Assembly: GCA_026914245.1 (NCBI GenBank)
Contig: CP110439.1
Location: 2,666,001-2,730,000 of the forward strand
Origin: Puccinia triticina
Lineage: Eukaryota
Direction: 5' to 3'
Length of the DNA stretch: 64,000 nucleotides
The translations under genes and the position numbers were made by a program. Under the pieces are notes generated by a model, which had not been told where the DNA came from, searched no databases, and saw only the letters and a list, made by a program, of their open reading frames with translations. This document shows positions 52,322-63,914 of this stretch, piece after piece (position 1 is the stretch's first letter; each line of letters opens with the position of its first letter).

Positions 52322-52833
52322 TGTGGCAGACGGAAAAGTGGAGAAATAAAAAGTTTTTTCTATGCCACATAATTAATCATACTAGGCCTCAAGATACCAT
52401 CAAATGGACCCCAGAAATGGATTCTGCGGCTAATTTCACCCCTAGTCACCACTGGAAGTACCCCTGGACCCCCTCTAGTGTGGAAGTTACCCCTCATGGA
52501 CACCTATCACACGGCCAGCCCCAGTAACCCAGCTGTCACCGGCCTCAACCCAAGGTTCACAGTAGTACACTTATACACATCACAGGATACAAACATACAT
52601 CTCCCTGTCAGGCTACACTCATTACATATTAACTACATACACTCCTTGAAACACTTACACGTTGCCAGTCAAACAGATTTCATCTGGAACAGACCAGACC
52701 TATCACTTAATAAAACTTGCCAAGCTGAGCTTGGTGGGTCTTGTTGACTGATAAAAGAAGGGCAGAGCTTGCAACTCCATCATACCCTTCACCATTCAGC
52801 AAAAGGGTTTCATTACCACTTTTGAGTTTTACA
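52322..52833. mobile_element. Solo LTR inserted in the tRNA-like T-stem
   Basis: TGTGGCAGAC...GAGTTTTACA with CCGG on both flanks. Confidence 0.9.
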
Positions 52834-52840
52834 CCGGGTT

Positions 52841-52872
<32 letters not shown>

Positions 52873-52983
52873 CACTGCAGGCAAACAGGTGAAGCTGCGT
52901 CCCGCAGCAACAGCTGAGGTAAGGGGCCCCCCTTTGGGTTAGATGATGTTGCGCGCGGTAGCAACACCTATTTGCCCGCAGTG
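52873..52983. mobile_element. 111-bp CACTG-ended MITE in the tRNA-like A-box
   Basis: TIR CACTGCAGGCAAACAGGTG/CACCTATTTGCCCGCAGTG, TAA TSD. Confidence 0.88.
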
Positions 52984-54114
52984 TAAGCTACAAAGCCTGA
53001 GTTGCCAGATTAATAATCTAACATCCTTCCAGAATCTGGATGCTCTAAGGCTCTCCTAGACCCGCTGGTGTGCTCCTTCCTCTGCAGGTATGCTTGGCTC
53101 TTTGAGCTTGAGACTGTAAATCTGTCAGAAAAGAAATGGCTCCACCAGGAATTGAACCCGGGTTGGGCTAACTCTAGGTCCCTGCTTTACCACTAACACA
53201 GACTGCAAACAGGTGATGAAATCCGGATTTTGTTGCACTGTCAAAATCCAAATATTGCCCCAGGGCAGTCGTCACCTGCCGTTTGTACATGAAACCTTGA
53301 TGTCAGGTGCAAGAGTGAGGCACCAAACAACCTCAATGGCTGGTCAGTATTGGCCAACAAGAGAGAAATATAAAGCTCTTGCGGATGACCGGCACAGACC
53401 GGCCATCAAGGGGACATACACTCACCCATTGGTGGCTGGTACTGACCGGCCATCAAGCAAAATATTGTACACCCAATGGCCAGAGAGAGCAACAAACTAG
53501 ATACATACACTCTTGAGAGCAGTACCCACCGGGTGTGGAGAGAAACCAAGTATTATAATCTCAATGCCCGGTCAGTACTGGCCAGCAAGAGTGTATGCGC
53601 TCCAGATGGCCGGCACAGGTTGGTCATCAAGAAGAGAGAGATACACAACCTCAATGGCCAATCAGTACCAGCCTGCGGCCATGGAGAGGAAAGTGACTTT
53701 GCTCTTGATGAACAGTAGTAACCACTGAACCAGCCATTGAAAAAATACATCCCACTCTTGATAGCCGGTCAGTACCGGCCCGCGAGAGCAAACAATTAAG
53801 CTCTTGATGGCTGGCCTACACCAAACATGGAGAGCAAATATGTGTGATCCCCCCAATGGCCTGTCAGCACCGTATACACATTATCAAGAGGTTGGTGTGT
53901 TCCTCTACATACTGAGGGGCCACTGAGGGGGTGTACATATGTATGTACTCTCAATGAGGTGGTTATTGAGGGGGCAGAGCTTTGCTGCCCTTGTTGGCCA
54001 GTGCTGACCATTCATGGAACATGGTGCTTTGCTCTTGATTTCTGGTACTGGCCGGCCATTGAGGTTGTGTATCTATCTCCTCTTGATGACCAACCTCTGC
54101 TGGTCATCAAGAGT

Positions 54115-54333
54115 TAGAGATGGCACTTGGCACCCGCCGGCTGGTACCTGTAGTGTCACACTTCAGCACATAATTCTATGCGCTTGAAGGCGCCCATGGC
54201 GGGTGCCAGAAGTTCCATTCTAGTAAAAATAAATCCAGGGAGCTGCACACGCACAATGGGTACCTGCAAGTGCATATAATTATGTGCTGAAGTGTGGCAG
54301 GTACCTGCCGGCGGGTGCCAACTGCCATCTCTA
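54115..54333. mobile_element. hAT MITE
   Basis: TAGAGATGGCA...TGCCATCTCTA, 8-bp TSD TCAAGAGT. Confidence 0.92.
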
Positions 54334-55167
54334 TCAAGAGTGCGCCTCTTTCTCTTTCTGGCCGGTACTGACCAGGCATTGAGATTAAAATGCTTGGTTC
54401 CTCTCCACACCCGGTCAGTACCTCCCTCAAGATTGTATCTAGTTTGTTGCTCTTGCTGGCCGGTACTGACCGGAAATTGAGAGTACAATATTTTTCTCTA
54501 GTGCTTTGCTCACCGGCCACCAATGGGTGAGTGTATGTCCCCTTGATTGCCAGTGTCAAGATAAAAGTGTGTTGCCCAATGAGAATGGGTGCTACACCTC
54601 CTTCTTAGATAACTCCGGGTTTGAATGGTTATTGGGACTTACAGACCTCTTCAGCACTCTGCAATGAGCCTGATATGATCTGTCTAGTCTGCATAAGCTT
54701 CAGCTGTTCCGTTTGCAATTAGCAAAACTCTGAAAGCAAATAAGAATGTGTTGGGTGCAGACCATAGCAAATCAAATCAAATAGATTTGAGTATTCATAT
54801 TCGAATTTGATTTGAGTCAAATAATGCCTGGGAAAATTTAAGCTCAAATATTTGAATAAATTCGAATTATGGCTCAAAGGGGCGTGTAGAGGGCCAATGC
54901 AAGCTTTCCTGGGGCCCAAAGGCCCCAGATGAGTTTGAAATGGCCCAAAAGTGGGTCAGCTACGCTAACCATAGCTGTTAGCATAGTGTAGCGCAGCGCA
55001 AATGCGCTATTTTTTAGTGTGGCATTGGCGCAATTGCGCGCATCTGCGCTGACGCTACGCGCACAGGGCGCAAAGCTATTTTAGCTTTTAGCATAGCAGT
55101 AGCACAGATACGCGCAATTGCGCTAACGCTAAGCACGCAGGGCTCAAAAGAGCGCGCGCTAAGCTGC

Positions 55168-55285
55168 GTCCACCACTATCAAAAGTGTGTCTGCCACTAT
55201 GAAAAGTGCATTGGCCACTATCAAAAGTGCGTCCACCACTATCAAAAGTGTGTCTGGCACTCTGAATAGTGCGTCCGCCATTATG
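55168..55285. repeat. 21-bp tandem repeat (ccactatcaaaagtgcgtccg-like), about 5 units
   Basis: Direct reading. Confidence 0.8.
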
Positions 55286-55703
55286 GGATATTGTTAGAAT
55301 TATGCCCCATGCCCAGAAGAGGGTTTATTTCCTTTTTGTTCCTTTTCTTTCCATCAGGGTCCTTTAGCCCCCTAGGCCCCTTTTTCTCCATGTATTTCAT
55401 TCGTCCCCTCATGAAATACAACCCCCACTTAGTTCCAAGCCCATATCAGTGAGACATGCTCTTTTGAGACTTCTCATCTGTTGTACTGAGTCCCTGCACA
55501 GATTCTGTGCTTGATCATTTCCCAGCTCACCATTCTCATTCTCAGGCCTTTGGCCATTATTTCTTCACGGTTAGAAGCCCAATCTACCTTCTTCGCTAAC
55601 CTCAGTCATATCTCAATCGACTCGGCTACCTATATCATCAAAACCATCTCCTTGCTTCCTCCACCTCTCGATTCTACTTTCCGTCGCTACCAACTCGTCT
55701 ACC

Positions 55704-57420
55704 ATGGCAAACAAGATCTTGTCTACAGTGGTTTCCTCCAAGATTTGGCTCAACTCTACAAACTACTTTGGTTGGATTGTCCAGATGCACGCACGCTTTT
55801 GTAAGATGGGCTGCCTTGATGTCGTCCTTGGTTGGACAGTCAAACCCAAGAAACCTGAAGAAGTAGCAGCCTGGAGCAAGAAAAACAAGGAGGCATACTT
55901 TGAGATCATCAATCACGTCAATGTCGAGCACATGACTCTCATCTGTGGCTTGGTTCCCCCTAATCAACAATTTGATGGCTGCTTTGTTTGGAACATTCTC
56001 AAGGCTAAGTACGCAGCCAATGACGATGTCACAAAACTCGTTGCTCTGGAATCTCTCAACAAACTGGAGTACACAACCATACTGGCCTTCATTGCGGCAG
56101 TACGTGAAATCAATCAACGGCTCATCATGGCCAACTTTGATCTTGAAAATCAACTCTGAAATCTAATGGTACTTGCTAAGCTACCCCACAATCGGTTCCA
56201 GTCGTTCCGCAACACAATCACAATGGGTTTTGTGGCCGAAAACCTGGAATCACTTCTCCGTTGACTTGAGAATTACGGAGCCCAGAACAAAATCTTGACC
56301 AATGAAAACTATTGACCTGATCAAGCGGCTCTCTTCACATCAACTCCTAGTCAACTTACCTGCCCCAGCTGCAAGAAGACTTTCAAGATCTGTACTCACT
56401 GCCAGAAGACCGGCCACTCGGCTGATGTAAGACTCAAAAGTGATTGTGAAACCCTTTTGCTGAATGGAGAAGGGGATGATGGAGGTGCAAACTCTGCCCT
56501 TCTATACTATCAGATAGCAAGACCCACCAATCTAAGCTTGGCAAGTTTTAATCAAGTGATAGGTCTGGTCTAGTTCCAGATGAAGTTGTTTGATGACAGG
56601 TATGTGAGATTTGAGAGTGAGTTCAGTAGTTATTTGCAAATATAAGGGTTGTAGTGATGGGTGAAGGTGATGGTAAGTGTGAAGGGTGGTATGTAAATAA
56701 CTGGGGAATACTGAGCTGAGGGAAAAACAACTGGGGGGGAGAGAGCTACTTATATAGACAAATTTGAGGGATTTTAGCTACAAAGGGGACCCTGGATGAG
56801 GGATTTTAGCTGGTGGGCTGCGTACGCGTGGTGTCAGAAGATACTAAATACAGGCAGAAAGTGGGGTGAGAAATGAAAGATGATGTCATACTGATGCAAG
56901 GACCGCATAAACAAAGTGGGGAAATGTCAAATACAGAGGTACTTCATGCAAGGGGTGCATGAGTGGTGTCAGACTAATGCAAGGAGTGCAGAAATGGGGT
57001 CAGAAGCAAGGGGTGCATAAATGAGGCGGGGACATGTCAAATACAGAAGAAATGGGGTTGGTCCCCTGCATATGCAGTGGAGATAAGAGGGATAGAAAAG
57101 AGTATGTTTTTGGCTGGGGCTGAGTATGCGTATACCTGGGAAAGGTGACTTGAGGGGTGTGACAGGTTAATGACTGAGGCTGGCGGTGTCCATGAGGGTC
57201 CAAGAGGGTGTAACTTCCAATCCTGTGGGGTTCCAGTGACGCTTCCAGTGGTGAATAGGGGTAAAATTGGCTGTAGAATCCATTTATGAGGTCTATTTGG
57301 TGGTATCTTGAGGCCTAAGGTGAGTAAATATATGTATGAGAAAAAACTTTTGATTTTTCACTTTTCCGTCTACCACACCAACATGTGCTATCAAAAACAT
57401 CCGGACAAGCGACTGACCTC
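55704..57420 (+). pseudogene. gag: Copia gag, split by a solo LTR
   Basis: LNSTNYFGW...MHARF N-terminus, TGA at 56157, zinc knuckle CTHCQKTGHSA|..CYQKH across the insertion. Confidence 0.85.
56426..57377. mobile_element. Solo LTR, same family as 52322-52833, opposite orientation
   Basis: TGTAAGACTC...GTCTACCACA, flanks CTGA/CCAA. Confidence 0.88.
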
Positions 57421-59107
57421 CTCCTCAACGCCTCAAGTTCACTTTGCTGCAACCAATGATCCTACCGCTCCTACCACAAAGACAAACAGGCCTACTTCCT
57501 TTCTCTCTAACTTGATCATCTCCCTTTTCTTTTCCCTTCTTTTCTAATCACCTCTAGATAGTCATCTCTAGCTCTTGCCTCAGCCCCTCTGGTCATGAGT
57601 CAGGGGGGGTGTTAGAATTATGTCCCATGCCCAGAAGAGGGTTTATTTCCTTTTTTTTCCTTTTCTTTCCATGAGGGTCCTTTAGCCCCCTAGGCCCCTC
57701 TTAGGCCCCTTTTTATCCATGCATTTCATTCGTCCCCTCATGAAATACAACCCCCACTTAGTTCTGAGCCCATATCAGTGAGACATGCTCTTTTGAGACT
57801 TCTCATCTGTTGTACTGATTCCCTGCACAGATTCTGTGCTTGATCATTTCCCAGCTCACCATTCTCAGTCTCAGGCCTTTGGCCATTATTTCTTCAGATA
57901 TGCCTCTGGCAATACTGTAAGTGTCTTTGGCACCATGATATTTTTGAAGGATGACCTCCTCAAAAATGTATGGGCCAGGAATGAGAAAAAAGAAGTCAAA
58001 AACACAAAAAATGTAATTTTTTGGTGTTTTTAATGTTTTTGGAGGTTTTTCCGTTGAATATCTCCAAAATACTCGAATATTTGACAAATCAGTATTCGAT
58101 GGGCCAAAGAAACGCTTCAAATACCACCGTGCTATGGTCTGGTTGGGTGGTAGAAACTCTCCGTGTTGTAGCAATTGCAAAAGCTCCTCAAGTAAGTCTT
58201 TAACTACAATAATACCAATGAGTAGTAAGATAGTAGAATCTGATATGAAGAAGTGAGAGAAGATAAAAGCCCCCCAAAAGGTCCCTGTTCCTCCACTCCC
58301 TCCACCCGCATAACTCCGCTCCCAGCCAAAGTTGCCCAGATCCTTCCTTTCCCGCACTTGTCAAACTCCGCATGCATCAATTCCCAGCCTAGCACATCTC
58401 CAACGTGTGTTCTCCCGCACCCTCTGACTAGCCTCTGACCCCAGTCTCTACCTGGCGCGTCCACCCCAATGTCATCCACTTCCGCTGCCCCAGTTCACCT
58501 GGTGCCAGTCCGCACTATTCAGTCTGTCCATGAGTCCCGCCAAAGTCCTACTCTGACCGTTCTGCTAAGTCTGCTTGTCCTAAGTGTGGCTTGAATCCCA
58601 GTCCTGCAGCTTCCCCATTTTCCAACTTTCCACATGATTTCTAAGCAGTAAATTCAAGGTTCCACTCAGTCTACATATCAGAGGCATAAGCACGCATGCT
58701 CATCCCCTTTGTTTGGATATGCAGACTGAGCATTTATGATTTGCTCAGCCACCCCACTACATTCCCGCACGTGCTGCAGTGAGCAGACATTCTACGCTGC
58801 TAGCCCCATATAAATTGCCACACCGGTCTGTGCCGGCATCAAGAGCTTTTTCTTTCTCTCTTGCTGGTTGGTACTGACCAGCCATCAAGGTTGTGTGTAC
58901 TTAACTCTTGCACCTGCCATCGAGGTTTCATGTACAAATGGCAGGTGACAACTGCCTGGGGGTGAGATTCACATTTTGTCAGTGCAACAAAATCCGGATT
59001 TTGACACCTGTTTGCGGGCTGTGTAAGCTACAAAGCATGAGTTGCCAGATTCATGATCTAACATCCTAATTGAACCTGGGTTGGGCTAATATGTATCTGG
59101 CAACTCA

Positions 59108-59178
59108 GGCTTTGTAGCTTAGTGGTAAAGCAGGCACCTAGATTTAGCCCAACCTGGGTTCATTTCCTGGTTGAGCAA
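59108..59178 (+). ncRNA. tRNA-derived Pol III-like cassette in a TRIM LTR (degenerate copy)
   Basis: 71 nt, A-box TAGCTTAGTGG, degenerate B-box GGTTCATTTCC, followed by TTTCTTTT. Confidence 0.65.
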
Positions 59179-59317
59179 TTTCTTTTCTGACAGATTTACA
59201 GTCTTGAGCTCAAAGAGCCAAGTGTACCTGCAGAGGAGTGAGCACACCAGTGGGTCTAGGAGAGCCTTAGGGCATCCAGATTCCCAGAGGATTTTAGATT
59301 ATTAATTTGGCAACTCA

Positions 59318-59328
59318 GTCTTTGTAGC

Positions 59329-59360
<32 letters not shown>

Positions 59361-59388
59361 AACCCGGGTTCAAGTCCTGGTGGAGCCA
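59318..59388 (+). ncRNA. tRNA-derived Pol III-like cassette in a TRIM LTR
   Basis: 71 nt with canonical cloverleaf spacing: D-stem GCTT/AAGC, T-arm CCGGG-TTCAAGT-CCTGG, 3' TGGAGCCA, then a T-run. Anticodon stem has only 3/5 pairs. Confidence 0.75.
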
Positions 59389-60258
59389 TTTCTTTTCTGA
59401 CTATGTCAACCAAGAGATATGAGAGTGAGCTCAGTGGTTATTTGCAAGGTAAGGTATGTTATGAGGTGTTAAAAGGTTTGTTATAATGGTCATGGTAAAG
59501 CTATGGTTGGTATGTAAATAACTTGTGAGTGAGCTGAGGGAAAAAGAACTGGGGGGAGAGAGTTCCTTATATAGAAAGATTTGAGGGATTTTAGCTCGAG
59601 GGCAGCCCCTGGATGAGGGATTTTAGCTGGTGGACTGTGTACAAGTGGTTTCAGAAGATACTCCATACAGGCCAAAAGTGGGGTGAAAAATGAAAGATTA
59701 TCACCAGGGGGGATCTGTCACACTTTCTGCAGAGTGCCATACTGTTATTTCTTTCTGTAACCTTTCCAAAAGCCAACTGCTTGTGCATGTGTGATTCAAG
59801 CCTAATTGATGTTCATTTGCTGTTGAACTCCTCATTTCTTCTCTAATAAATAAATAAGCTACCAGGAAAGTATGGGGAAGATTTGATTTCAATTGAACCA
59901 ACCAAACTACTAGAAGATAGGAGAGGAAAGGTAACAGAAATTCAGTGTACATAAACAACACAAATTAATGTATCATTCTCCAGAACACTCTCAATCTGCT
60001 TTTTCAAGCCACAAAGAACTTTGTGAGTATCAAATTCCTCCTTGAAATAAGCATTTAGAGCACCCACTATCAAATTCCTCATTTAGTGGGAAAATCCAAG
60101 TCTGTTATGTGTGGTATTAGGAGATCATCCAAGCAGTGTTTTATGACATCATCATGAGAGCCAGGGAAAAAGAACTCAGATGTTTTTTCTAGAAAGACTT
60201 GGAAATAAAAGAAGGAGAAGTGTCCCCCAATGATGTCAAATTGATCATTTGGTATTTC

Positions 60259-60589
60259 CAATGGTGGGCTTCTATGCTACACTATGCTACAGAGCCACTT
60301 CACATTATTGTAGCAGAGCTAACAGAGGTCCTTTATTTTCTGTAGTGTTAGTGTGCCACTAGGGCCCCTACACTGCGTTACGCCATGCTACAGCGCTTTT
60401 AGTGCCAACAAACTCCAAAAACCATTAAAAAGCAATGTAGCGCAGCGTGGCCTTGCCTTTTTTGTGCCCTGTGCACAGAGCGTTAGCTAAGATACCCCAC
60501 AATTTTGTGAACGCTACACTCAATTTTAAGGTAATTCTGCTACGCTACAACACTCTAACACAGTGGTTAGCATAGCTGGACCACCGTTG
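60259..60589. mobile_element. MITE (gctacgct-rich family), older copy
   Basis: CAATGGTGGGC...GACCACCGTTG, flanks GTATTTC/GTAGTTC. Confidence 0.75.
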
Positions 60590-62418
60590 GTAGTTCATTG
60601 GTAAAGATCTGTGTATTCTCTAGCCTTCTTGAAAGCAAGATGGGGATTGAACCTACCAATTTACGGTCATTCATATAATCATCCTTGTGAGGTTGGTTGA
60701 AAGGGAGATATCCCGTACACCTGAGCAGCAGGAAACACCCAATTACCTGTAGTGGTGTGAATTTCTCAATCAAAGATGTTTGAGATTGTTAAGCTTTTTT
60801 TAATAAGCATCATGAGCCATTTAAAAATGGCAGGAACAATGATTGGTGTGGGAAACAAAATAAACACAACTTCTTTTGGATCTGTGACAGGAGGCAGGTG
60901 CCTTTCTTGGCTGGTCCCTGTGTTATTGGCCAACATCTCCTTTGACATTTGCTGAAATGTTGCTTGGGAGAGGACAGGTCATCAAATACAGGCTGATTGT
61001 GCCCTTGGGCCACATTTTCCCTTGTAGTTGTGCATCAAAGGCCAAGGGAGATCTGCTTCACAGAAGCATTTTCCAGCATGGGTACCAGAATTAGAAGCAC
61101 CCCTGGTGAACCCACAAAAAGCACCTTGAGGGTCTTGGGGGAGTCACCCCCAAAGTCCACCGTGCTGCTGTCTGATGCCTGTCCACCCTCATGTTTGTGC
61201 AAATTTCACGGTGGACATCAGGCAGTATTTAAAAACTCTTCAACTCTCCTCCTACCCAATAACATAAGGCAAGTCCCTATGTTTGTGGAGGGGGGATTCT
61301 GTCCCGCAGGGACCCTAGGTCCCTGCGAGATGGTATCCCCCAATGCTTTTCCACTCTCATGTTCGCCCAAACGTCACGGTGGACATCAGACATTGTTGAC
61401 CAACTCCTCAACTCCACTCCAAACCACTAATTTAACCAAGTCCCTCTATTTTTGGAGGGGGAGACGCCGTCCCGCAAAGACCCTCGCTTCCTTTGGAGGC
61501 TTGCACTTTGCGCAAGTAGCGCTGTACCAGGCTCTCCAAAAAAAGAGACTTTTGTGAAGTTAGTCCTACCCACCAGCTAGATGTGCTCTTGGAGACACAT
61601 CCCATGCAATACCACTGCATCTTTACAGTGAAACATGCTCTGCTTCCCCCAAAATATAGAATGCTCTTACCACACACAACACTCAATTTACAACCCAATA
61701 TCCCTCTGTACATGCATTGCCTGGAAAAAGAGCAGAATCAGCCCCCACTTATCTTAGCTTCTATTTGTGCTAACAAAATAACATATTCTAATTCAGTACA
61801 AAGGAGGGTGCAACCACAGAAAAAAATAATACAACTAATTGTCATTAATGGACTTGCTGACCCCGCGCTAGTAGCAAGTGTATTACTGCTTCTTGCAGCT
61901 TGAGCGTGCCAAGCCAGCAACACATTTTCAGGTGTAGAATTTGATCATGAGATAGGATTACACTTACAAAAACTGGACATCCCAAGCATGTATACTCTAT
62001 ATGCTCTGCTTGCCAATCATTTAGTTGCATAAGTAGCCAAGTAATGCCCACTTGATCCTGCCATCAATGCCATTTTATTGTTGTTGATCACAAAAAAGTG
62101 TTTTCCAACTTCCAGGGCGCCTGTTTACCCTGAAAGGAAAGCAATGAGTCCAGAAATAATGAGGAAATGTCCCCCATTACAAGTCATGAATTTTGCACAT
62201 AATTATTCCTTTGGGCTTGTCATGGGTGAGTACATGATACATCTGTCCATAACATGAGAGGATGGCCACCTGCATCTGGCAGATTTTAAGAATTGCAAAG
62301 CTGAAAAATTGACAGAAATTGAAAATGGAGATGATTTAAACCAATCAATAGAAGGGCCACCTGTTGGAACTGAGACTTTTGAGTGGAGACAACAAAGCAA
62401 GAGCAGGGCTGTGGAGAC

Positions 62419-63914
62419 AGGACCCTGGAAATCCCCGACCAAGCTGCCTCATGTAATTTTTGCTGATTTTGGGTTTTGGATATGTGGGGAAATTGGGTTT
62501 TTCCCAATTGAACCCAGTTTGGATACGAAGTACATGAGGAGGATTTTTTGAGAGAAAGCCCCAACGGGGCAAAACTAGACAAAAAAAGCCTTTTTTTGGC
62601 CGGGAATTGAACCCAAGACCTACATGGTTGGTTTTTCTTTCCAGGCAAGCCCAAAATATACCAACTACATCAGGAACATCTTCAAAAAATAAACCAATTT
62701 AGATACTTATTTGGTGATTTACATGAGGAGCATTTTGCAAAAAAATGCACCAGAGGAGATTTTGACGCACTCTCCAGAGAGTGCCATACTTTACCCTTTT
62801 TCTGCAACTGTGCTGGATGCCTTTGATGAAAGTAGTGCAAGAATTAATGAAAAATTCTGGAACTAATCCACAAATGATTTGAAACTGATCCTGGATTCAG
62901 GCATAAACCATCCAGAAGTCATGCAGAAGTCAACTGTAAAACAACTGGAATGCGGTTGAAACCACTAAGACACAATCACCACAATCAAAGCATAATTCCA
63001 TTTGAAGTGTTTGGTAATTAAGATGAATGATTGGGTTTCAATTCATATCATTTATATGCACATGAAGGTGGTAATTGTTTTCACTTTTCTAATGTAACTG
63101 TCATGTGCGCGTGTGTAAGTTTGTTACAAATTGCAGGTTGGGCCTCCCGTGGATCAACAACATGTACATCCCTGTTAGAATGATGTGAAAGGCCCATCTG
63201 AATTGGCATATTTCCCTAAATAAGGCCAGTATCATCTAGAATTGAGCCAAAAAAGGATGAAAGTATGGTGAAAATATGAGTCAAGTCAAGCTTGGAGGTG
63301 TGTGGTCACAGATTTCAGATAGACATCCTGGCTTCTTCACATATATAAGCTTGTGAGTTGTTTTTGTGTTTGTTTGTTTTCCAATGTCTCCATGCACATG
63401 AATGTGAGTTTTTTTCCACTTTGCCAATGTCACCTTTGTGTACGCGCGTACATTAGGGTGACAGATCACTGGAGGCGCCTTTCACAGCTCCATTACAAGT
63501 AAAAACTGGTCAGAAAGCCATGAAAGCCCCCGCAGGTCACATTTACGTTGTTTGGAACCCCTTTGACATAGAGAAATTGATCAACAGAAATTCACCATAA
63601 ATGAGTAATAGTTGGGCATTGATTAACTATGATTTCATGACAGATTGTAATTAAGTTATACTTAGAAAATTAAGTGGTTCTATACAACCTTGCACAAGGT
63701 CCTGTGATAATTCCGCATCACTTCTGACACACTTCCCATTGACTTCTGAAGAATTTATCAATCATTTCCTAATCCACATCAGACTCACATCAGACCCAGA
63801 AGAACATAAAATTAGACTCTGGCACTCCCTGGAGAGTGTGTCAAAGTCTCCCCTGGTGATGTCCCCCGGATACATGTTACATGAGGCGGCTTGGTAGGGG
63901 CTCTCTGGGGTCCT
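62419..63914. mobile_element. MITE with 8-bp TSD (copy of 39395-39775) carrying a nested element
   Basis: GTGGAGAC on both flanks, ~38-bp TIR. Confidence 0.85.
62748..63858. mobile_element. CACC...GGTG non-autonomous element with 3-bp TSD
   Basis: TIR CACCAGAGGAGATTTTGAC..., ATG on both flanks, empty site aaaatgtcccccgga near 39720; a related left end at 59702. Confidence 0.88.

Larger units (their letters stand above)
55292..57896 (+). mobile_element. Non-autonomous Ty1/copia LTR retrotransposon (gag only)
   Basis: LTRs 55292-55567 and 57610-57896, GATAT TSD, copia-type PBS GGTTAGAAGCCC, PPT AGGGGGGG, no pol. Confidence 0.93.
54554..58822. mobile_element. TG...CA (LTR-like) insertion with nested elements
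   Basis: TGTCAAG...TTGCCACA, flanks CCAG/CCGG; removal restores the reverse complement of 53388-53410. Confidence 0.7.
53197..59023. mobile_element. CACAG-ended non-autonomous element in the tRNA-like A-box, with nested TEs
   Basis: Long TIRs (>100 bp; CACAG...CAAACAGGTG...AAATCCGGATTTTGTTGCACTG), TAA TSD, internal ggccggtcagtaccggcc minisatellite. Confidence 0.88.
52283..59402. mobile_element. TRIM with tRNA-like LTRs (Helenus-type), inverted dimer carrying nested insertions
   Basis: 111-bp LTRs TGTTAG...CTGACA; 99-bp internal regions (53024-53122 minus, 59193-59291 plus) ending in a purine tract; ATGTC on both outer flanks. Confidence 0.85.
52035..59701. mobile_element. Host LTR split by the 52283-59402 insertion
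   Basis: 52035-52282 and 59408-59701 are colinear with 56545-56880 of the related LTR. Confidence 0.7.

Noticed and set aside
59318..59388. Functional tRNA-Ser(AGA) gene
   Set aside because: Anticodon stem has two mismatches, there is no long variable arm, and the copies are embedded in LTRs.
59702..62400. Coding gene or complete CACC element
   Set aside because: Only a left TIR is visible and the ORF fragments are short and unassignable.
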